From assembly GCA_900768875.1 (NCBI GenBank), contig CAAGEP010000003.1:333298-397297 (forward strand): 64,000 nt of DNA, read 5' to 3'. The stretch comes from Alphaproteobacteria bacterium. Its GTDB lineage: Bacteria; Pseudomonadota; Alphaproteobacteria; CAAGCB01; CAG-977. The position numbers and the translations under genes were made by a program. Positions 19,352-29,646 of the stretch are shown piece after piece; within the stretch, counting starts at the first letter, position 1, and each line of letters begins with the position of its first letter. Below the pieces are notes generated by a model, which saw nothing but the letters and a program-made list of their open reading frames with translations, was not told where the DNA came from and did not search any database.

Positions 19352-20124
19352 TCCGCCAACATCCTGTCGAATAAAACGTCCGTAATGTCTTTGTTGTTGT
19401 AAAAGCAGACGGCCGCGTCTTCCGGCAACAAACAACGTACGGTTACGGAATCGGCGGCTTGCTTTAACGCTTGGTATGCCGCCCCTGCTTTCCCCGGACG
19501 AATAATGATATCAAGCTTTAACAAACGGCCGTCGACTTTGATTTTATCCGCTCCGACGACGTTTGCAACCCCCTGCACGATTTCGGCGGCATCATATTCC
19601 GCCAACGGATCGACAACGGGAGCCTCCTGCATCACTTGCGCCCAAGCAACAGCCTCCGCCGCCTGCCGCTGTTGATCTTCATACACGGCGGATTGCTCTT
19701 TCTCCTCCGGCAAAGACGTCATGCGGCGAGGACGGCGTCCCATCAATTCGTTTTCAAACGCCTCGATATCCGCCAAAGTCGGCTGTTTTGTCGCTGCACT
19801 TTCTTTTTCCACGGGACGAACTTGTTTTTTGGGCAACGGCGCGGCAGACAAAACGACACCTTTTTCCGCCAGCTTTTTTTTGGCAAAATCGGTCATGCCC
19901 GCCGCATCCGATTTTAAATAATCGATTCGCTTTCCGACTGCGGGGGCGGCTGTATTTTTAAACCAGCCGCCGATTTCATTCGGTGCGATGCCCGCCATAT
20001 AAAAAGCCCCGAAAAACAGGCACAACACAACAGCAACAGCCAGCGGACTTTTGACAAACCACATCAAAAGCCGCCGACCGTCGTTTAAAAAAGCCAGAAA
20101 ACCTTTGACCAGCTTGATTATCAT
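19348..20124 (-). CDS. hypothetical membrane-anchored protein
   Basis: 258 aa; N-terminal TM segment; ATGA overlap with the metG stop (co-transcribed). Confidence 0.45.
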   Translation of the reverse strand: MIIKLVKGFLAFLNDGRRLLMWFVKSPLAVAVVLCLFFGAFYMAGIAPNEIGGWFKNTAAPAVGKRIDYLKSDAAGMTDFAKKKLAEKGVVLSAAPLPKKQVRPVEKESAATKQPTLADIEAFENELMGRRPRRMTSLPEEKEQSAVYEDQQRQAAEAVAWAQVMQEAPVVDPLAEYDAAEIVQGVANVVGADKIKVDGRLLKLDIIIRPGKAGAAYQALKQAADSVTVRCLLPEDAAVCFYNNKDITDVLFDRMLAD

Positions 20125-21824
20125 TCGTTCGGATCCGCCCCGTAGCGTTCACACAACTCTGCGACGCGCTCGGGTGTGATTTTTTGGAACAGCGGCGTTT
20201 CGGGAACGGTAAAGGCGTGTCCCGCGGGCAGTTTTTGCAGTTCCGAAGCCAAATCATCGCCGACCCACCCCAATTCGGCGGGGTTCAGGTTCAGCAGTTT
20301 CAGCATTTCCGCCGAAGTTTCGGGAATAACGGGCGCGGACAAAACGGCGTACAAGCGAATGACGTTCAGCGCCATACGCAAAATCATCGCCGCCTGTTCG
20401 GGATTTTCCTTGATTACCGTCCACGGTGCGGCGGCAGTCAGATAGTTGTTGCCTTCCACCCAAATCGCGCGCAGTTCGACCAAAGCTTTGCGGAATTCCA
20501 TTTCGCGCATGTATTTGGAATAATCGGCAATACGAGCGGACAGCACGCGGATGAATTCGCGTTCCATATCGCCCCATTCGCCGCCCGCAGGAACGTTTGT
20601 GCCGATTTTGGACGCCGTCATTTTCAAAATGCGGTTGACGAAATTGCCCAAAACGTCGTTCAAGTCTTTGTTGATTGTCGCGGCAAAGCCCGTAAACGTA
20701 AAGCTTGAATCCGAATTTTCGGGCGCGTTTGCCATCAGCCAGTAACGCCAATAGTCGGCATTGAATTCGTCCAGAGCCTGATTGGTGAAAATGCCGCGTT
20801 TCTGCGATGTGGAGAACTTTCCGCCATAGAACGTCAGCCAGTTGAATCCTTTGATATAATCGACCTTTTTCCACGGTTCGCGCACGCCCAGCAAAGTCGC
20901 GGGGAACATAATCGTGTGGAAAGGAATGTTGTCCTTTGCCATAAATTCGACATAGCGGACATCGCAGGTGTCATACCACCAGTCTTTCCAGTTGCGGTTT
21001 TCGGGGTCTTTTTCCGCCCATTCCGCCGTCGCGCCGATATATTCGATCGGAGCGTCGAACCACACATAAAACACTTTGCCGTCAAAGCCGTCGCACGGAA
21101 CGGGAATCCCCCACTTCAAATCGCGGGTGATGCAGCGTTCGCGCAATCCCTCTTTCAGCCATTTGCGGGCAATCGAAGTCACAACGACGGGCCATTCGGC
21201 TTCGTGGGAGTCGATGAATTTCGTCAATTCGCCTTCCAGCATCGGCAGTTTCAGGAACAAATGCTTGCTGTCCTTGATTTCCAAGTTGTGCGATCCCGAC
21301 ACGGCGGAACGCGGGTTAATCAAGTCCGTCGGATCAAGCACGCGCGTGCAGTTTTCGCATTGATCGCCGCGGGCGGCTTCGTATCCGCAGTGCGGGCAAG
21401 TCCCGACGATGTAGCGGTCGGGCAAAAAGCGCCCGTCATCAACGGAATAAACCTGTTTGATGGTGCGTTCCTCGATATAGCCGTTTTCCATCAGCTTTTT
21501 GCACATATGCTGGGTCAGCTTGGTATTTTCATCCGAAGACGACCGACCGAAATGGTCGAACGACAGGTTGAAGCGGCGATAAATATCCTTTTGGACTTCG
21601 TGCTGTTCGGTGCAGAATGTTTCGACATCCTGATGTTTTTCCAGCGCCGCCAGCTCTGCGGGCGTACCGTGTTCGTCGGTTGCGCAAATAAACAGAACAT
21701 CCTCGCCCGTTTGGCGCAAAAACCGCGAATAAACGTCGGCGGGCAGCATGGAGCCGACCAGATTGCCCAGATGTTTGATGCCGTTGATGTACGGCAGCGC
21801 GCTTGTAATCAGATATTTCGTCAT
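20121..21824 (-). CDS. metG: methionine--tRNA ligase
   Basis: Starts [24 protein letters not shown] (HIGH-region equivalent), KMSKS present; zinc knuckle CPHCG...CENC. The true ATG is at 21824; the ORF-track N-terminal extension to 22391 is rejected. Confidence 0.9.
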   Translation of the reverse strand: MTKYLITSALPYINGIKHLGNLVGSMLPADVYSRFLRQTGEDVLFICATDEHGTPAELAALEKHQDVETFCTEQHEVQKDIYRRFNLSFDHFGRSSSDENTKLTQHMCKKLMENGYIEERTIKQVYSVDDGRFLPDRYIVGTCPHCGYEAARGDQCENCTRVLDPTDLINPRSAVSGSHNLEIKDSKHLFLKLPMLEGELTKFIDSHEAEWPVVVTSIARKWLKEGLRERCITRDLKWGIPVPCDGFDGKVFYVWFDAPIEYIGATAEWAEKDPENRNWKDWWYDTCDVRYVEFMAKDNIPFHTIMFPATLLGVREPWKKVDYIKGFNWLTFYGGKFSTSQKRGIFTNQALDEFNADYWRYWLMANAPENSDSSFTFTGFAATINKDLNDVLGNFVNRILKMTASKIGTNVPAGGEWGDMEREFIRVLSARIADYSKYMREMEFRKALVELRAIWVEGNNYLTAAAPWTVIKENPEQAAMILRMALNVIRLYAVLSAPVIPETSAEMLKLLNLNPAELGWVGDDLASELQKLPAGHAFTVPETPLFQKITPERVAELCERYGADPNE

Positions 21825-21923
21825 GACAGCCTCGAAGCTTTTTGATAAAAAATACTGTTTGATTTTTACCCGCTTTTCGGACAACATTTCAAGGACAAAA
21901 ACAGCTTTTGCCAAAATATTTGA

Positions 21924-22496
21924 ATGGGAGTTTTTAAAATGTTGCTTAATTTGCCCGACAGTATTCTGTTCCGCCCCGTCCGTCCGCAGGATTTGAATGC
22001 GGTGATGGAAATCGAAAAAGGGGCGTTCGATGCCGGTGTACAGGAAGGCAGCGATTTGTACGAAAAGCGGATTGACGCGTTTCGCGACGGTTTTCTGGTT
22101 GCCGAAGATTACGAAACGGGGCAAGTCGGCGCATATATCTGTTCCGAAATCTGGCACAAGGATATGGCGCTGGATTCGGAAACGCTCGCCCTCGGACACG
22201 ATCCGCAGAAAGCCCACAATCCGCAGGGAACGCAGCTGTACATCACATCGTTTGCCGCGCGTTCCGATTGGCGCGGACGGCAAATCGGGACGGGATTGTT
22301 TCAAGCGCTGGAAAAACGGATTCGGACGAAATATCCCGCCGTTGACGAATTCATTTTGATTGTGTCCGAAAAATGGAACGCCGCGCATCACATCTATGAA
22401 AAAGGCGGCTTCAAGGAAATCGGTCGGATTATCAATTTCTTCACGCCCGACAACAAACCCGAAGAAGACGCGATTTTGATGCGCAAAACCTTATAA
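21924..22496 (+). CDS. GNAT family N-acetyltransferase
   Basis: 190 aa; GNAT core (..[10 protein letters not shown]..); the start may alternatively be 21972. Confidence 0.6.
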   Translation: MGVFKMLLNLPDSILFRPVRPQDLNAVMEIEKGAFDAGVQEGSDLYEKRIDAFRDGFLVAEDYETGQVGAYICSEIWHKDMALDSETLALGHDPQKAHNPQGTQLYITSFAARSDWRGRQIGTGLFQALEKRIRTKYPAVDEFILIVSEKWNAAHHIYEKGGFKEIGRIINFFTPDNKPEEDAILMRKTL

Positions 22497-22958
22497 GTGT
22501 TCCGCCGCCCATTGCCTGACCACGGCAGCAAGCGGCGCAACATCGGTGTTTTTCAGCTGATCGGGGGGCAAGTACGCCGCCTGTTCGATTAAATACGCCG
22601 CCCGCGCGTCCAGCGTTTTGCTTTTCAGCGTATCCTTTAAAAAAGCGCTCCATTGCGTTCCGTGCAGGACGGCAACCCGTTCTTTCGGGAACTTCATCAA
22701 CGCCATGCGCCGCAACAGCCCCAGCAAAGCCGTGATTTTGTCGCGCGCCGTCCCCCGTTTTGCAATCCGTTCGATTTCGGCGAAGGCGTACGCTTTTGCC
22801 GTCACTTGACGCCGACGTTTCAGAGCAAAGCGGATTAAAAAGGCAAGGACAATCACGCCCGCCGATATGTACCATACGTTTTCGTTCGGCGGAAAAGCCG
22901 ACGGCACGGGCGGCAGATGAATGTCTTTCAATCCCGACAAATCGATATTCGACGGCAT
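22491..22958 (-). CDS. DUF4381-like membrane protein (MoxR-operon accessory)
   Basis: 155 aa; single TM segment; last gene of the MoxR-DUF58 array, as seen in Bat/MoxR operons. Confidence 0.5.
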   Translation of the reverse strand: MPSNIDLSGLKDIHLPPVPSAFPPNENVWYISAGVIVLAFLIRFALKRRRQVTAKAYAFAEIERIAKRGTARDKITALLGLLRRMALMKFPKERVAVLHGTQWSAFLKDTLKSKTLDARAAYLIEQAAYLPPDQLKNTDVAPLAAVVRQWAAEHL

Positions 22959-23917
22959 TACCCTTTCCTTTCAAACAAGGCGGAGCGCAAAGTCCGAATC
23001 AAATCGTCGTCCGTTCGGACGGGAACATACAGCATTTTGTGCGCCAGACAAAAATCGGAAACACGCTTGCGCGCCGTTTCAAAACGCCGCGTGTACGCCG
23101 CGCGCCAAGCATCGTCGTCGGCGGGCAAAGTCATAATGTTTTGTCCGTCGCTGACCCGATATGTTCCCGACGGCGGCGGATCGGCTTCCAACGGATCGAA
23201 AATCTGCACGCACACCGTATCGCAGTGCGCCCCGATTGCCGCCAGATGTTTTTCGGAATCCGCGTCAAAGTCGTGAAAATCGCTCAACACGAAAACGCGT
23301 CCGCCCGTTTTGCTGACGCGGCGCAATTCCGCCAAAACGTCGGACAAAGCGGGTTCCCCGCCGGCAGAACGCAAATCGTTGCAGGCGGAAACGGTCGCGT
23401 TGAACACTTCCATCAGCCGCCGCATTTGACGGTGCGGAGCGACTTTGACAAAGCCGTCCGACGACACAATCAGCGCGCCGATTTTATCGCCGTTTTCGCG
23501 CGACGCCCACGCCAAAGCCGCCAAAGCCTTCGCCGCGACGACGGATTTAAAGGCTTTGCGCGTTCCGAATTTCATAAAACTGCGAAAATCGCCCAAAAAC
23601 AAAACGGGACGGTCGCGTTCTTCGCGGTACAATTTGGTATAGGGCTTTCCCGTCCGCGCGGTTATGCGCCAGTCTATCAACCGCACGTCGTCGCCCGCGT
23701 GATAGGATCGCACTTCGTCGAACTCCATGCCGCGTCCGCGAAACGGCGAACGGTGCTGTCCGAATCCTTCGGAGCGCGACACGCCGCGCGTATCAAACGA
23801 CAACAGCCGCACAAAACGCTTCATCGCCGTCAAATCCGACAAAGCGACCGAAACGCCGTTTTTCCGATTTTCTTCGGTGTGTTCGGCTTTCAGCAATGTG
23901 CGCAGTTTTTCCAGCAT
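22958..23917 (-). CDS. DUF58 domain protein (vWA-like, MoxR partner)
   Basis: 319 aa; DUF58 signature region (...GGRVFVLSDFHD...); start overlaps the moxR stop. Confidence 0.7.
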   Translation of the reverse strand: MLEKLRTLLKAEHTEENRKNGVSVALSDLTAMKRFVRLLSFDTRGVSRSEGFGQHRSPFRGRGMEFDEVRSYHAGDDVRLIDWRITARTGKPYTKLYREERDRPVLFLGDFRSFMKFGTRKAFKSVVAAKALAALAWASRENGDKIGALIVSSDGFVKVAPHRQMRRLMEVFNATVSACNDLRSAGGEPALSDVLAELRRVSKTGGRVFVLSDFHDFDADSEKHLAAIGAHCDTVCVQIFDPLEADPPPSGTYRVSDGQNIMTLPADDDAWRAAYTRRFETARKRVSDFCLAHKMLYVPVRTDDDLIRTLRSALFERKG

Positions 23918-24894
23918 TACGGCAAAGGCACCCGTTTCAACAGCAAATCCAAAAAGCTGTCGGGCGTAATGCCCTCGGCTTCGGCTTCAAACGTCAAAAT
24001 GACGCGGTGGCGCAGAACATCATGGACGATGCCGTGCACGTCTTCGGGCAGGACAAAATCGCGCCCTGCCAGCCACGCTTTCGCCCGCGCGCAGCGGTCA
24101 AGCGCGATTGTGCCGCGCGGGCTTGCCCCGAAAGCGACCAAGCGTTTGAACTTTTCGCCGTATTTTTCGGGTTTGCGCGTCGCCATGACCAGCTGAATGA
24201 CATATTCCTCCAAAGCGGGGGACAAATGCACGTTCAAAACTTCGCGGCGGGCTTCAAAAACACGCTGCTGAGGCATAACCTCGACGGGGATTTCAGCCCC
24301 CTCCTCCAGCGCTTCGTTGCGGACAATCTGCAAAATCCGACGTTCCGACGCCGCGTCGGGCTGGTCGATTTTGACATACATCAAAAAACGGTCAAGCTGC
24401 GCTTCCGGCAAAGGATACGTCCCTTCCTGCTCTATCGGGTTTTGGGTCGCCATAACCATAAACAAAGCGGGCAAACGGTATGTTTTTCCGCCGACGGTGA
24501 CTTGGCGTTCCGCCATGGCTTCCAGCAAAGCCGACTGCACTTTCGCGGGCGCGCGGTTGATTTCGTCAGCCAAAATCAAGTTGTGGAAAATCGGTCCCGC
24601 TTGGAATTTGAAATCGCCCGTTTCGGGACGGTAAATATCGCTGCCCGTAATATCGGACGGCAGCAAGTCGGGCGTGAACTGAATACGCTGATCGTCGCCT
24701 TCAATGGCTTCGGACAGTTTTTTGATTGCCTTTGTTTTCGCCAGCCCCGGCGCGCCTTCGACCAGCAAATGACCGTCCGCCAGCAAAGCGACCAACAGCT
24801 TGTCCACCAAATCCGCCTGTCCGACGATATTGGCGTTCATATAGTCTTTTAACCGCTGAAAACTGCGGGCGGCAACCGTTTTTTCCCGTTCCAT
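23917..24894 (-). CDS. MoxR-family AAA+ ATPase
   Basis: 325 aa; Walker A GAPGLAKT, Walker B ILADEINRA, MoxR C-terminal helical domain. Confidence 0.85.
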   Translation of the reverse strand: MEREKTVAARSFQRLKDYMNANIVGQADLVDKLLVALLADGHLLVEGAPGLAKTKAIKKLSEAIEGDDQRIQFTPDLLPSDITGSDIYRPETGDFKFQAGPIFHNLILADEINRAPAKVQSALLEAMAERQVTVGGKTYRLPALFMVMATQNPIEQEGTYPLPEAQLDRFLMYVKIDQPDAASERRILQIVRNEALEEGAEIPVEVMPQQRVFEARREVLNVHLSPALEEYVIQLVMATRKPEKYGEKFKRLVAFGASPRGTIALDRCARAKAWLAGRDFVLPEDVHGIVHDVLRHRVILTFEAEAEGITPDSFLDLLLKRVPLP

Positions 24895-24925
24895 CGAAAA
24901 CTCCTTTTATTCTGCTTTCTGTTAT

Positions 24926-26068
24926 TTAGTACGCGCGCCGCCTGCATGCAAGGGGCAACAAAACGGCAATCGCCGTTTGCGCCGACATTCCGACCGCCGC
25001 CGCCAACATGCCGTCAAAGAAAATCGCGCCGAACGCCAAAACAAACAAAGGCAAGTCCGCTTTCAAATAGCCCCGACGTTCCGAATCAAACAGCAAAAAA
25101 GCGACCGCCGCGGACAAAAGCGCGCCGTCCCCCGTCGTCGCAAAAGGCGAAATCAGCACCGCCGCCGCGCATACAAAAGCGTTTTTCACCGCGCGGGAAG
25201 CAAGCGGGCTTTTGAAAAACAGCCGATACCCCGTTAAAGCGACCCACATGCAAACGGCGGCTTGGAAAATCCATGCCGCAAAAGGGCTTGCCCCGCTGCA
25301 CAGCACAACGCCCGCCAAGGACAAAAAGCGGCACGGCACGGCTTGCAACGCTTGAAACGCCGCCGAAAACGCCGCCGCATAAGCGCTGAAACCGTAGCGC
25401 ATTCCCGCCGCAACCAGCAAAAATCCGCCGAACAAAGCCGCAACGGCAAACGCTTTTTTCTGTTTTTCAACCGCCAAAGCGAACAGAATCAAAACGAACG
25501 TCAGCGGCTCTGCCGCCAACAATCCGCCGAAAAACCCCGCCCTTTTCGGGCATTCGTCCGCCAGCGTCAAGCTCAGCACGGCGCACGCCGCGGCATACAA
25601 TCCGAATCCCCCGAACGCGAAATTCAAAAACACGGCGGGAAAAGCGGCAAGCAGCGGCACGGCAAGCCTTAAAGGAAACAAAGCGTACAGCGCAACGCCG
25701 AACAAAAAAAATCCCCAGAAAAACACCGTATCGAAGTATCCCGTATACGGCAAAGGCAGAAACGGCACGGCAATAAAGGCTTTGACGGGCGACGCAAAAG
25801 CGGCGAATTTTCCCGTCGTCTGTGTTTTTTCATGAATATACGCAGTTTGCGCCGCAAAATCGTACGCTTTTTCCGGTGCGCTTTCCAGCAAGCGGAACAA
25901 AGCGTAATCCCCCGCCGCGTCTTCGCCGACAATCCGCAAAGCCGCGTTGTCGGTACGGACGAAACCGTCCTCGTTATACATGGCGGAGCGCAACAACAGC
26001 GTGTAAACCGTCATTACGCCGACAACCAGCAAAGCTATAATTTGAACAATCCGCTTTTCGGTTGTCAT
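24926..26068 (-). CDS. polytopic integral membrane protein of unknown function
   Basis: 380 aa; ~10 predicted TM helices, Ala/Phe/Leu-rich; sits between sufT-like and moxR on the same strand. Confidence 0.4.
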   Translation of the reverse strand: MTTEKRIVQIIALLVVGVMTVYTLLLRSAMYNEDGFVRTDNAALRIVGEDAAGDYALFRLLESAPEKAYDFAAQTAYIHEKTQTTGKFAAFASPVKAFIAVPFLPLPYTGYFDTVFFWGFFLFGVALYALFPLRLAVPLLAAFPAVFLNFAFGGFGLYAAACAVLSLTLADECPKRAGFFGGLLAAEPLTFVLILFALAVEKQKKAFAVAALFGGFLLVAAGMRYGFSAYAAAFSAAFQALQAVPCRFLSLAGVVLCSGASPFAAWIFQAAVCMWVALTGYRLFFKSPLASRAVKNAFVCAAAVLISPFATTGDGALLSAAVAFLLFDSERRGYLKADLPLFVLAFGAIFFDGMLAAAVGMSAQTAIAVLLPLACRRRAY

Positions 26069-26697
26069 TACGACAAATCCAGCGCGAATTTGGCTTCTTC
26101 GGACAAGCGGTCAACGCTCCACGCGGGTTCCCAAACCAGCTTGACCGTCACTTTGCCCACGCCCGCAACGGCGGACACGGCTTCGGCGACTTGGTTGGGC
26201 ATCAATCCCGCCACGGGACACGACGGCGCGGTCACGGTCATATCGATTTCGACATCGCCGTTGACCAGTCTGTCCATGCGGTAAACCAAGCCCAAATCAT
26301 AGACGTTAATCATAATTTCGGGATCGGACACCGTGCGGATTGCGTCTATAATGTCCTTGATGTCCGCCTGTTTTTCGCCGTCCCGCAAAGCTTCGCCCTT
26401 GACCACGACGTATTCGTCGCCGTAGTTCACGACGGGCATATCCGCGGGTGCGTTTCCGCCCCACAGAATGGATTCAAATTCGGACAATTCGTCTTTGATG
26501 GATTGGTTGGGCTTGGCAGTCGTAAAATTGCTGACCGCTTCGGGATTGGCGTTAATGGGAATTTCGATTGTCCCCGTAAAGTCTTTGGGAAGCTTTTTCA
26601 GTTCTTCCTCGATAACGGCGGGAACGTTGGCGACCGTTTCGGCGGTCTGTTGTTCGTTTTCGGAATCTTTTTTATCCATCGGACGGGCTCCATTCAA
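26068..26697 (-). CDS. sufT: Fe-S cluster assembly protein SufT-like (DUF59/MIP18 family)
   Basis: 209 aa; C-terminal DUF59 core (...NVYDLGLVY...VEIDMTVTAPSCPV...) typical of SufT/MIP18; located at the end of the suf cluster. Confidence 0.65.
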   Translation of the reverse strand: MNGARPMDKKDSENEQQTAETVANVPAVIEEELKKLPKDFTGTIEIPINANPEAVSNFTTAKPNQSIKDELSEFESILWGGNAPADMPVVNYGDEYVVVKGEALRDGEKQADIKDIIDAIRTVSDPEIMINVYDLGLVYRMDRLVNGDVEIDMTVTAPSCPVAGLMPNQVAEAVSAVAGVGKVTVKLVWEPAWSVDRLSEEAKFALDLS

Positions 26698-26776
26698 AAC
26701 TTCACTTTGTTATGCACCGAAATTTGCATTTTTTCAACAGTTTCTTTGTCGCCCGTCCTTTGGAAGTTACTGCGGA

Positions 26777-26914
26777 CTAATTGCAGGATTTGCCGTCTTT
26801 GGCATCTTTTTCGGCGGCGGATTTTTTGGTTTCGCACGCTTTTTCATTCATATCGGATTTTTTATCCTTGGGCATTTCCTTTTTGCCGCAGCCGCAATGT
26901 TCTTTGTTCATCAT
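26777..26914 (-). CDS. small Cys/Lys-rich protein (45 aa), unannotated
   Basis: Reverse strand: AAGGAGA 7 nt upstream of ATGATG; encodes MMNKEHCGCGKKEMPKDKKSDMNEKACETKKSAAEKDAKDGKSCN*. Lies between sufS and sufT on the same strand. Below the 60-aa cutoff of the ORF track. Confidence 0.4.
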   Translation of the reverse strand: MMNKEHCGCGKKEMPKDKKSDMNEKACETKKSAAEKDAKDGKSCN

Positions 26915-26932
26915 AACAAATCTCCTTTCAAG

Positions 26933-28153
26933 TTAAGTGAAGAACCGCTTAACTTTATGGAGCGCGGCGACAAAGTTCTCAATATCCTCTTTCGTATTAT
27001 AGACGCCCAGCGATGCCCGAACGGATACGGACTGCCCGAACCGTTCATGCAAAGGTTGGGCGCAATGGTGTCCCGTGCGCACGGCAACGCCCTGCTGATC
27101 CAAAATCATCGCGATATCCTGCGGGTGGGCAAAGTCGGTCACAAAGCTCACCAAGCCCGTTTTGTCGGGCGCGGTGCCGATTTGAGTCGTGCCGCCGACG
27201 GACAAAACGCCGTCTTGCAGCAATCCGCACAGCCGTTTTTCGTGTTCGGCGATGTTTGCCATGCCTATCGCTCGCACATAATCAATCGCAAAGCCCAAGC
27301 CGATTGCCTGCATAATCGGGGGAGTCCCCGCCTCAAACCGCGCGGGAACGTCCGCCCAAACGCTGCCCGAAAAAGCGACCGATTTAATCATATCGCCGCC
27401 GCCTTCAAACGGCTCCATCGTTTCCAAAACCGCGCGTTTGCCGTACAGAACGCCGATACCCGTCGGACCGTAAAGCTTGTGTCCCGAAAAAGCGTAAAAG
27501 TCGCAATCGATGTCCTGCATGTCGACGGGAACATGAGTCGCCCCCTGACAGCCGTCGATTAAGACTTTCGCCCCCGCGGCATGGGCAAGCTTGGCGATTT
27601 CCTTTATCGGGAAAACCGTTCCCAAAACATTGGAGATATGCGCCACGGACACCAGTTTTGTTTTTTCGTTCAGCAACGATTTGAACGCGTCCATGTCCAG
27701 CGCGCCGTCATCCGAAACGGGCGCAACTTTCAGCGTAAAGGGAATACGCTTTTGCAAAATCTGCCACGGCACGATGTTTGAATGGTGTTCGGCTTGCGTA
27801 ATCAACACTTCGTCGCCCGCCCGCAAGTTCTGCGCGCCCCAAGTGTACGCGACAAGGTTCAGCGCGTCCGTCGCCCCGCGCGTGAACACGATTTCCTTGT
27901 CCGACGCGGCGTTTAAAAACAGCTGCACTTTTTTGCGGGCGTTTTCAAAGTTGAGCGTCGCTTTTTCGGACAAATCGTACATGCCGCGGTGAACGTTCGC
28001 GTATTCGTTTTCATAACAAAACCGCATCGCGTCAAGGACTTGTTTCGGCTTTTGCGCCGACGCCGCCGAATCCAGAAACGTCAAAGGCTTGCCGTGAACC
28101 GTCAAAGCCAGAGCGGGAAAATCCGCCCGAATTTTTTGAATGTCAATCGTCAT
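26933..28153 (-). CDS. sufS: cysteine desulfurase SufS
   Basis: 406 aa; class V aminotransferase; PLP-lysine region (SGHKLYGP), catalytic Cys near the C-terminus (GHHCAQP). Confidence 0.9.
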   Translation of the reverse strand: MTIDIQKIRADFPALALTVHGKPLTFLDSAASAQKPKQVLDAMRFCYENEYANVHRGMYDLSEKATLNFENARKKVQLFLNAASDKEIVFTRGATDALNLVAYTWGAQNLRAGDEVLITQAEHHSNIVPWQILQKRIPFTLKVAPVSDDGALDMDAFKSLLNEKTKLVSVAHISNVLGTVFPIKEIAKLAHAAGAKVLIDGCQGATHVPVDMQDIDCDFYAFSGHKLYGPTGIGVLYGKRAVLETMEPFEGGGDMIKSVAFSGSVWADVPARFEAGTPPIMQAIGLGFAIDYVRAIGMANIAEHEKRLCGLLQDGVLSVGGTTQIGTAPDKTGLVSFVTDFAHPQDIAMILDQQGVAVRTGHHCAQPLHERFGQSVSVRASLGVYNTKEDIENFVAALHKVKRFFT

Positions 28154-28865
28154 TTTTCAACCCGATAAGCCGTCCCCATTCGTCGCGAAGTTCGGGAATC
28201 CGCATCGTATCCAGCACTTCGTTCAAAAAAGCCGCCGTCAGAATTCTGCGCGCCTGCGCTTCGTCAATGCCGCGCGTTTGCAAATAAAACAGCTGGTCTT
28301 TGTTCAGCGTGCCGATGGCGGAACCGTGCGCGCACTTGACGTCGTCCGCGTAAATTTCCAGCTTCGGCACGGCTTTGACTTCCGCCGTTTTCGACAGCAG
28401 CAAAGCGCGGTGCTGCTGCGCGCCGTCAATCGCTTTTTTGTTGTACGGAATCAAAATGCCGCCGTCGAACACAGCCTTTGCATGACCGCCGACCGCGCCT
28501 TTGACCAGCTGGCGGGACGTTGTTTTGTCCGCGTTGTGGCGAAAGTCGGTCTTGATTTCCGCGCGTTCGTCACCGTTCAAAACATACACGGCATCGCTGC
28601 GGCAAAAACAGCCCTCGCCCGCCAAATCGGCGTATACGGACAGCTTTCCCGCCCCCAGATGCACGGTTACCAAATCATACGACGCGTTTTTGCCCAGCTT
28701 GACGGTCAGCGCGTTGTTTGCGCCGTCGCTCAAGCGGTAATGAACCAAGTGCGCGTCGTCGCCGACGACAACCGCCGTATTTTCCGCCAAAGCCGTTTCG
28801 ACAACGACCCGCGTTTCGTTCGGCTTCAGCGTCAGTTCGACCGCTTTTTCCAAATGTTCCGCCAT
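28143..28865 (-). CDS. sufD: Fe-S cluster assembly protein SufD (unusually short form)
   Basis: 240 aa with SufD C-terminal core similarity (...KCAHGSAIGTLNKDQLFYLQTRGI...); lacks most of the N-terminal beta-helix extension found in ~420-aa SufD. Confidence 0.65.
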   Translation of the reverse strand: MAEHLEKAVELTLKPNETRVVVETALAENTAVVVGDDAHLVHYRLSDGANNALTVKLGKNASYDLVTVHLGAGKLSVYADLAGEGCFCRSDAVYVLNGDERAEIKTDFRHNADKTTSRQLVKGAVGGHAKAVFDGGILIPYNKKAIDGAQQHRALLLSKTAEVKAVPKLEIYADDVKCAHGSAIGTLNKDQLFYLQTRGIDEAQARRILTAAFLNEVLDTMRIPELRDEWGRLIGLKNDD

Positions 28866-29629
28866 TATGCCGCCGTCCCTTTTTGAAAGCGGGCGAAACC
28901 GTTTGCCCGCACTTCGTCCAACAGCTCCGCCCCGCCGTTTTCGACAACGCGCCCGTTGACCAGAATATGCACATAGTCGGGACGGATTTGTTCGTGCAAA
29001 AATCCGATGTTGTGGGAAATCACCAAAAACGACCGTTCGGGCGACCGCATGATTTTAACGCCGTTGCCCGCGACTTTGACCGCATCCACGTCCAGCCCCG
29101 AATCCATTTCGTCCAAGATGCAGAAATCGGGTTCAAGCACCGCCATTTGGAACGTTTCCAGCCGTTTCTTTTCCCCGCCCGAAAAACCGACATTGACGGG
29201 ACGCTTTAACATTTCATCCGTGATTTCAAGAGCTTGCGCACGAATCTTGATGTGTTTCATAAAGCTGACGGCATCGTATTCTTTTAATCCCGCCGCCTTG
29301 CGCTTGGCGTTCAAAGCGTATTTCATAAAAGTCGACATTGACACGCCCGGAATTTCAATCGGATTTTGAAAAGCCAAAAAAATGCCCGCGCGCGCCCGTT
29401 CTTCGACGTTCATTGTCAACAAATCCCGCCCTTTAAAGGCAACAGCCCCCGCGGTTACTTCATAGCGCGGATCGCCGCACAAAACGTTTGACAGCGTGCT
29501 TTTGCCCGAACCGTTTGGTCCCATGATGACGTGGACTTCGCCCGCATTGATTGACAGGGAAAGTCCTTTCAGAATCGGCTTGTCGCCGACGTTCGCGTGC
29601 AAATCCGTGATTTCCAGCCAAGCTGACAT
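28865..29629 (-). CDS. sufC: Fe-S cluster assembly ATPase SufC
   Basis: 254 aa; ABC ATPase with Walker A GPNGSGKST, signature LSGGEKKR, Walker B ILDE. Confidence 0.9.
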   Translation of the reverse strand: MSAWLEITDLHANVGDKPILKGLSLSINAGEVHVIMGPNGSGKSTLSNVLCGDPRYEVTAGAVAFKGRDLLTMNVEERARAGIFLAFQNPIEIPGVSMSTFMKYALNAKRKAAGLKEYDAVSFMKHIKIRAQALEITDEMLKRPVNVGFSGGEKKRLETFQMAVLEPDFCILDEMDSGLDVDAVKVAGNGVKIMRSPERSFLVISHNIGFLHEQIRPDYVHILVNGRVVENGGAELLDEVRANGFARFQKGTAA

Positions 29630-29646
29630 ATTTCAAACTCCTTTTC

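Noticed and set aside
20121-22391. 756-aa ORF-track version of metG, and similar N-terminal extensions of PFOR (to 44634), sufB (to 31185), hydF (51869), yqgE (18683), pepN (12798) and the acidic island gene (to 40642)
   Set aside because: The conserved protein N-termini begin at internal ATGs with good Shine-Dalgarno sequences (e.g. MTKYLITS for MetRS at 21824). The extensions have no homology and often start at TTG/GTG.
28143-28153. 11-nt sufS/sufD overlap, and 22491..22496 GNAT/DUF4381 convergent overlap, as evidence of frameshifts
   Set aside because: Short overlaps of this kind are common in compact operons and convergent gene ends. The reading frames are intact and the proteins are full-length apart from the genuinely short SufD.
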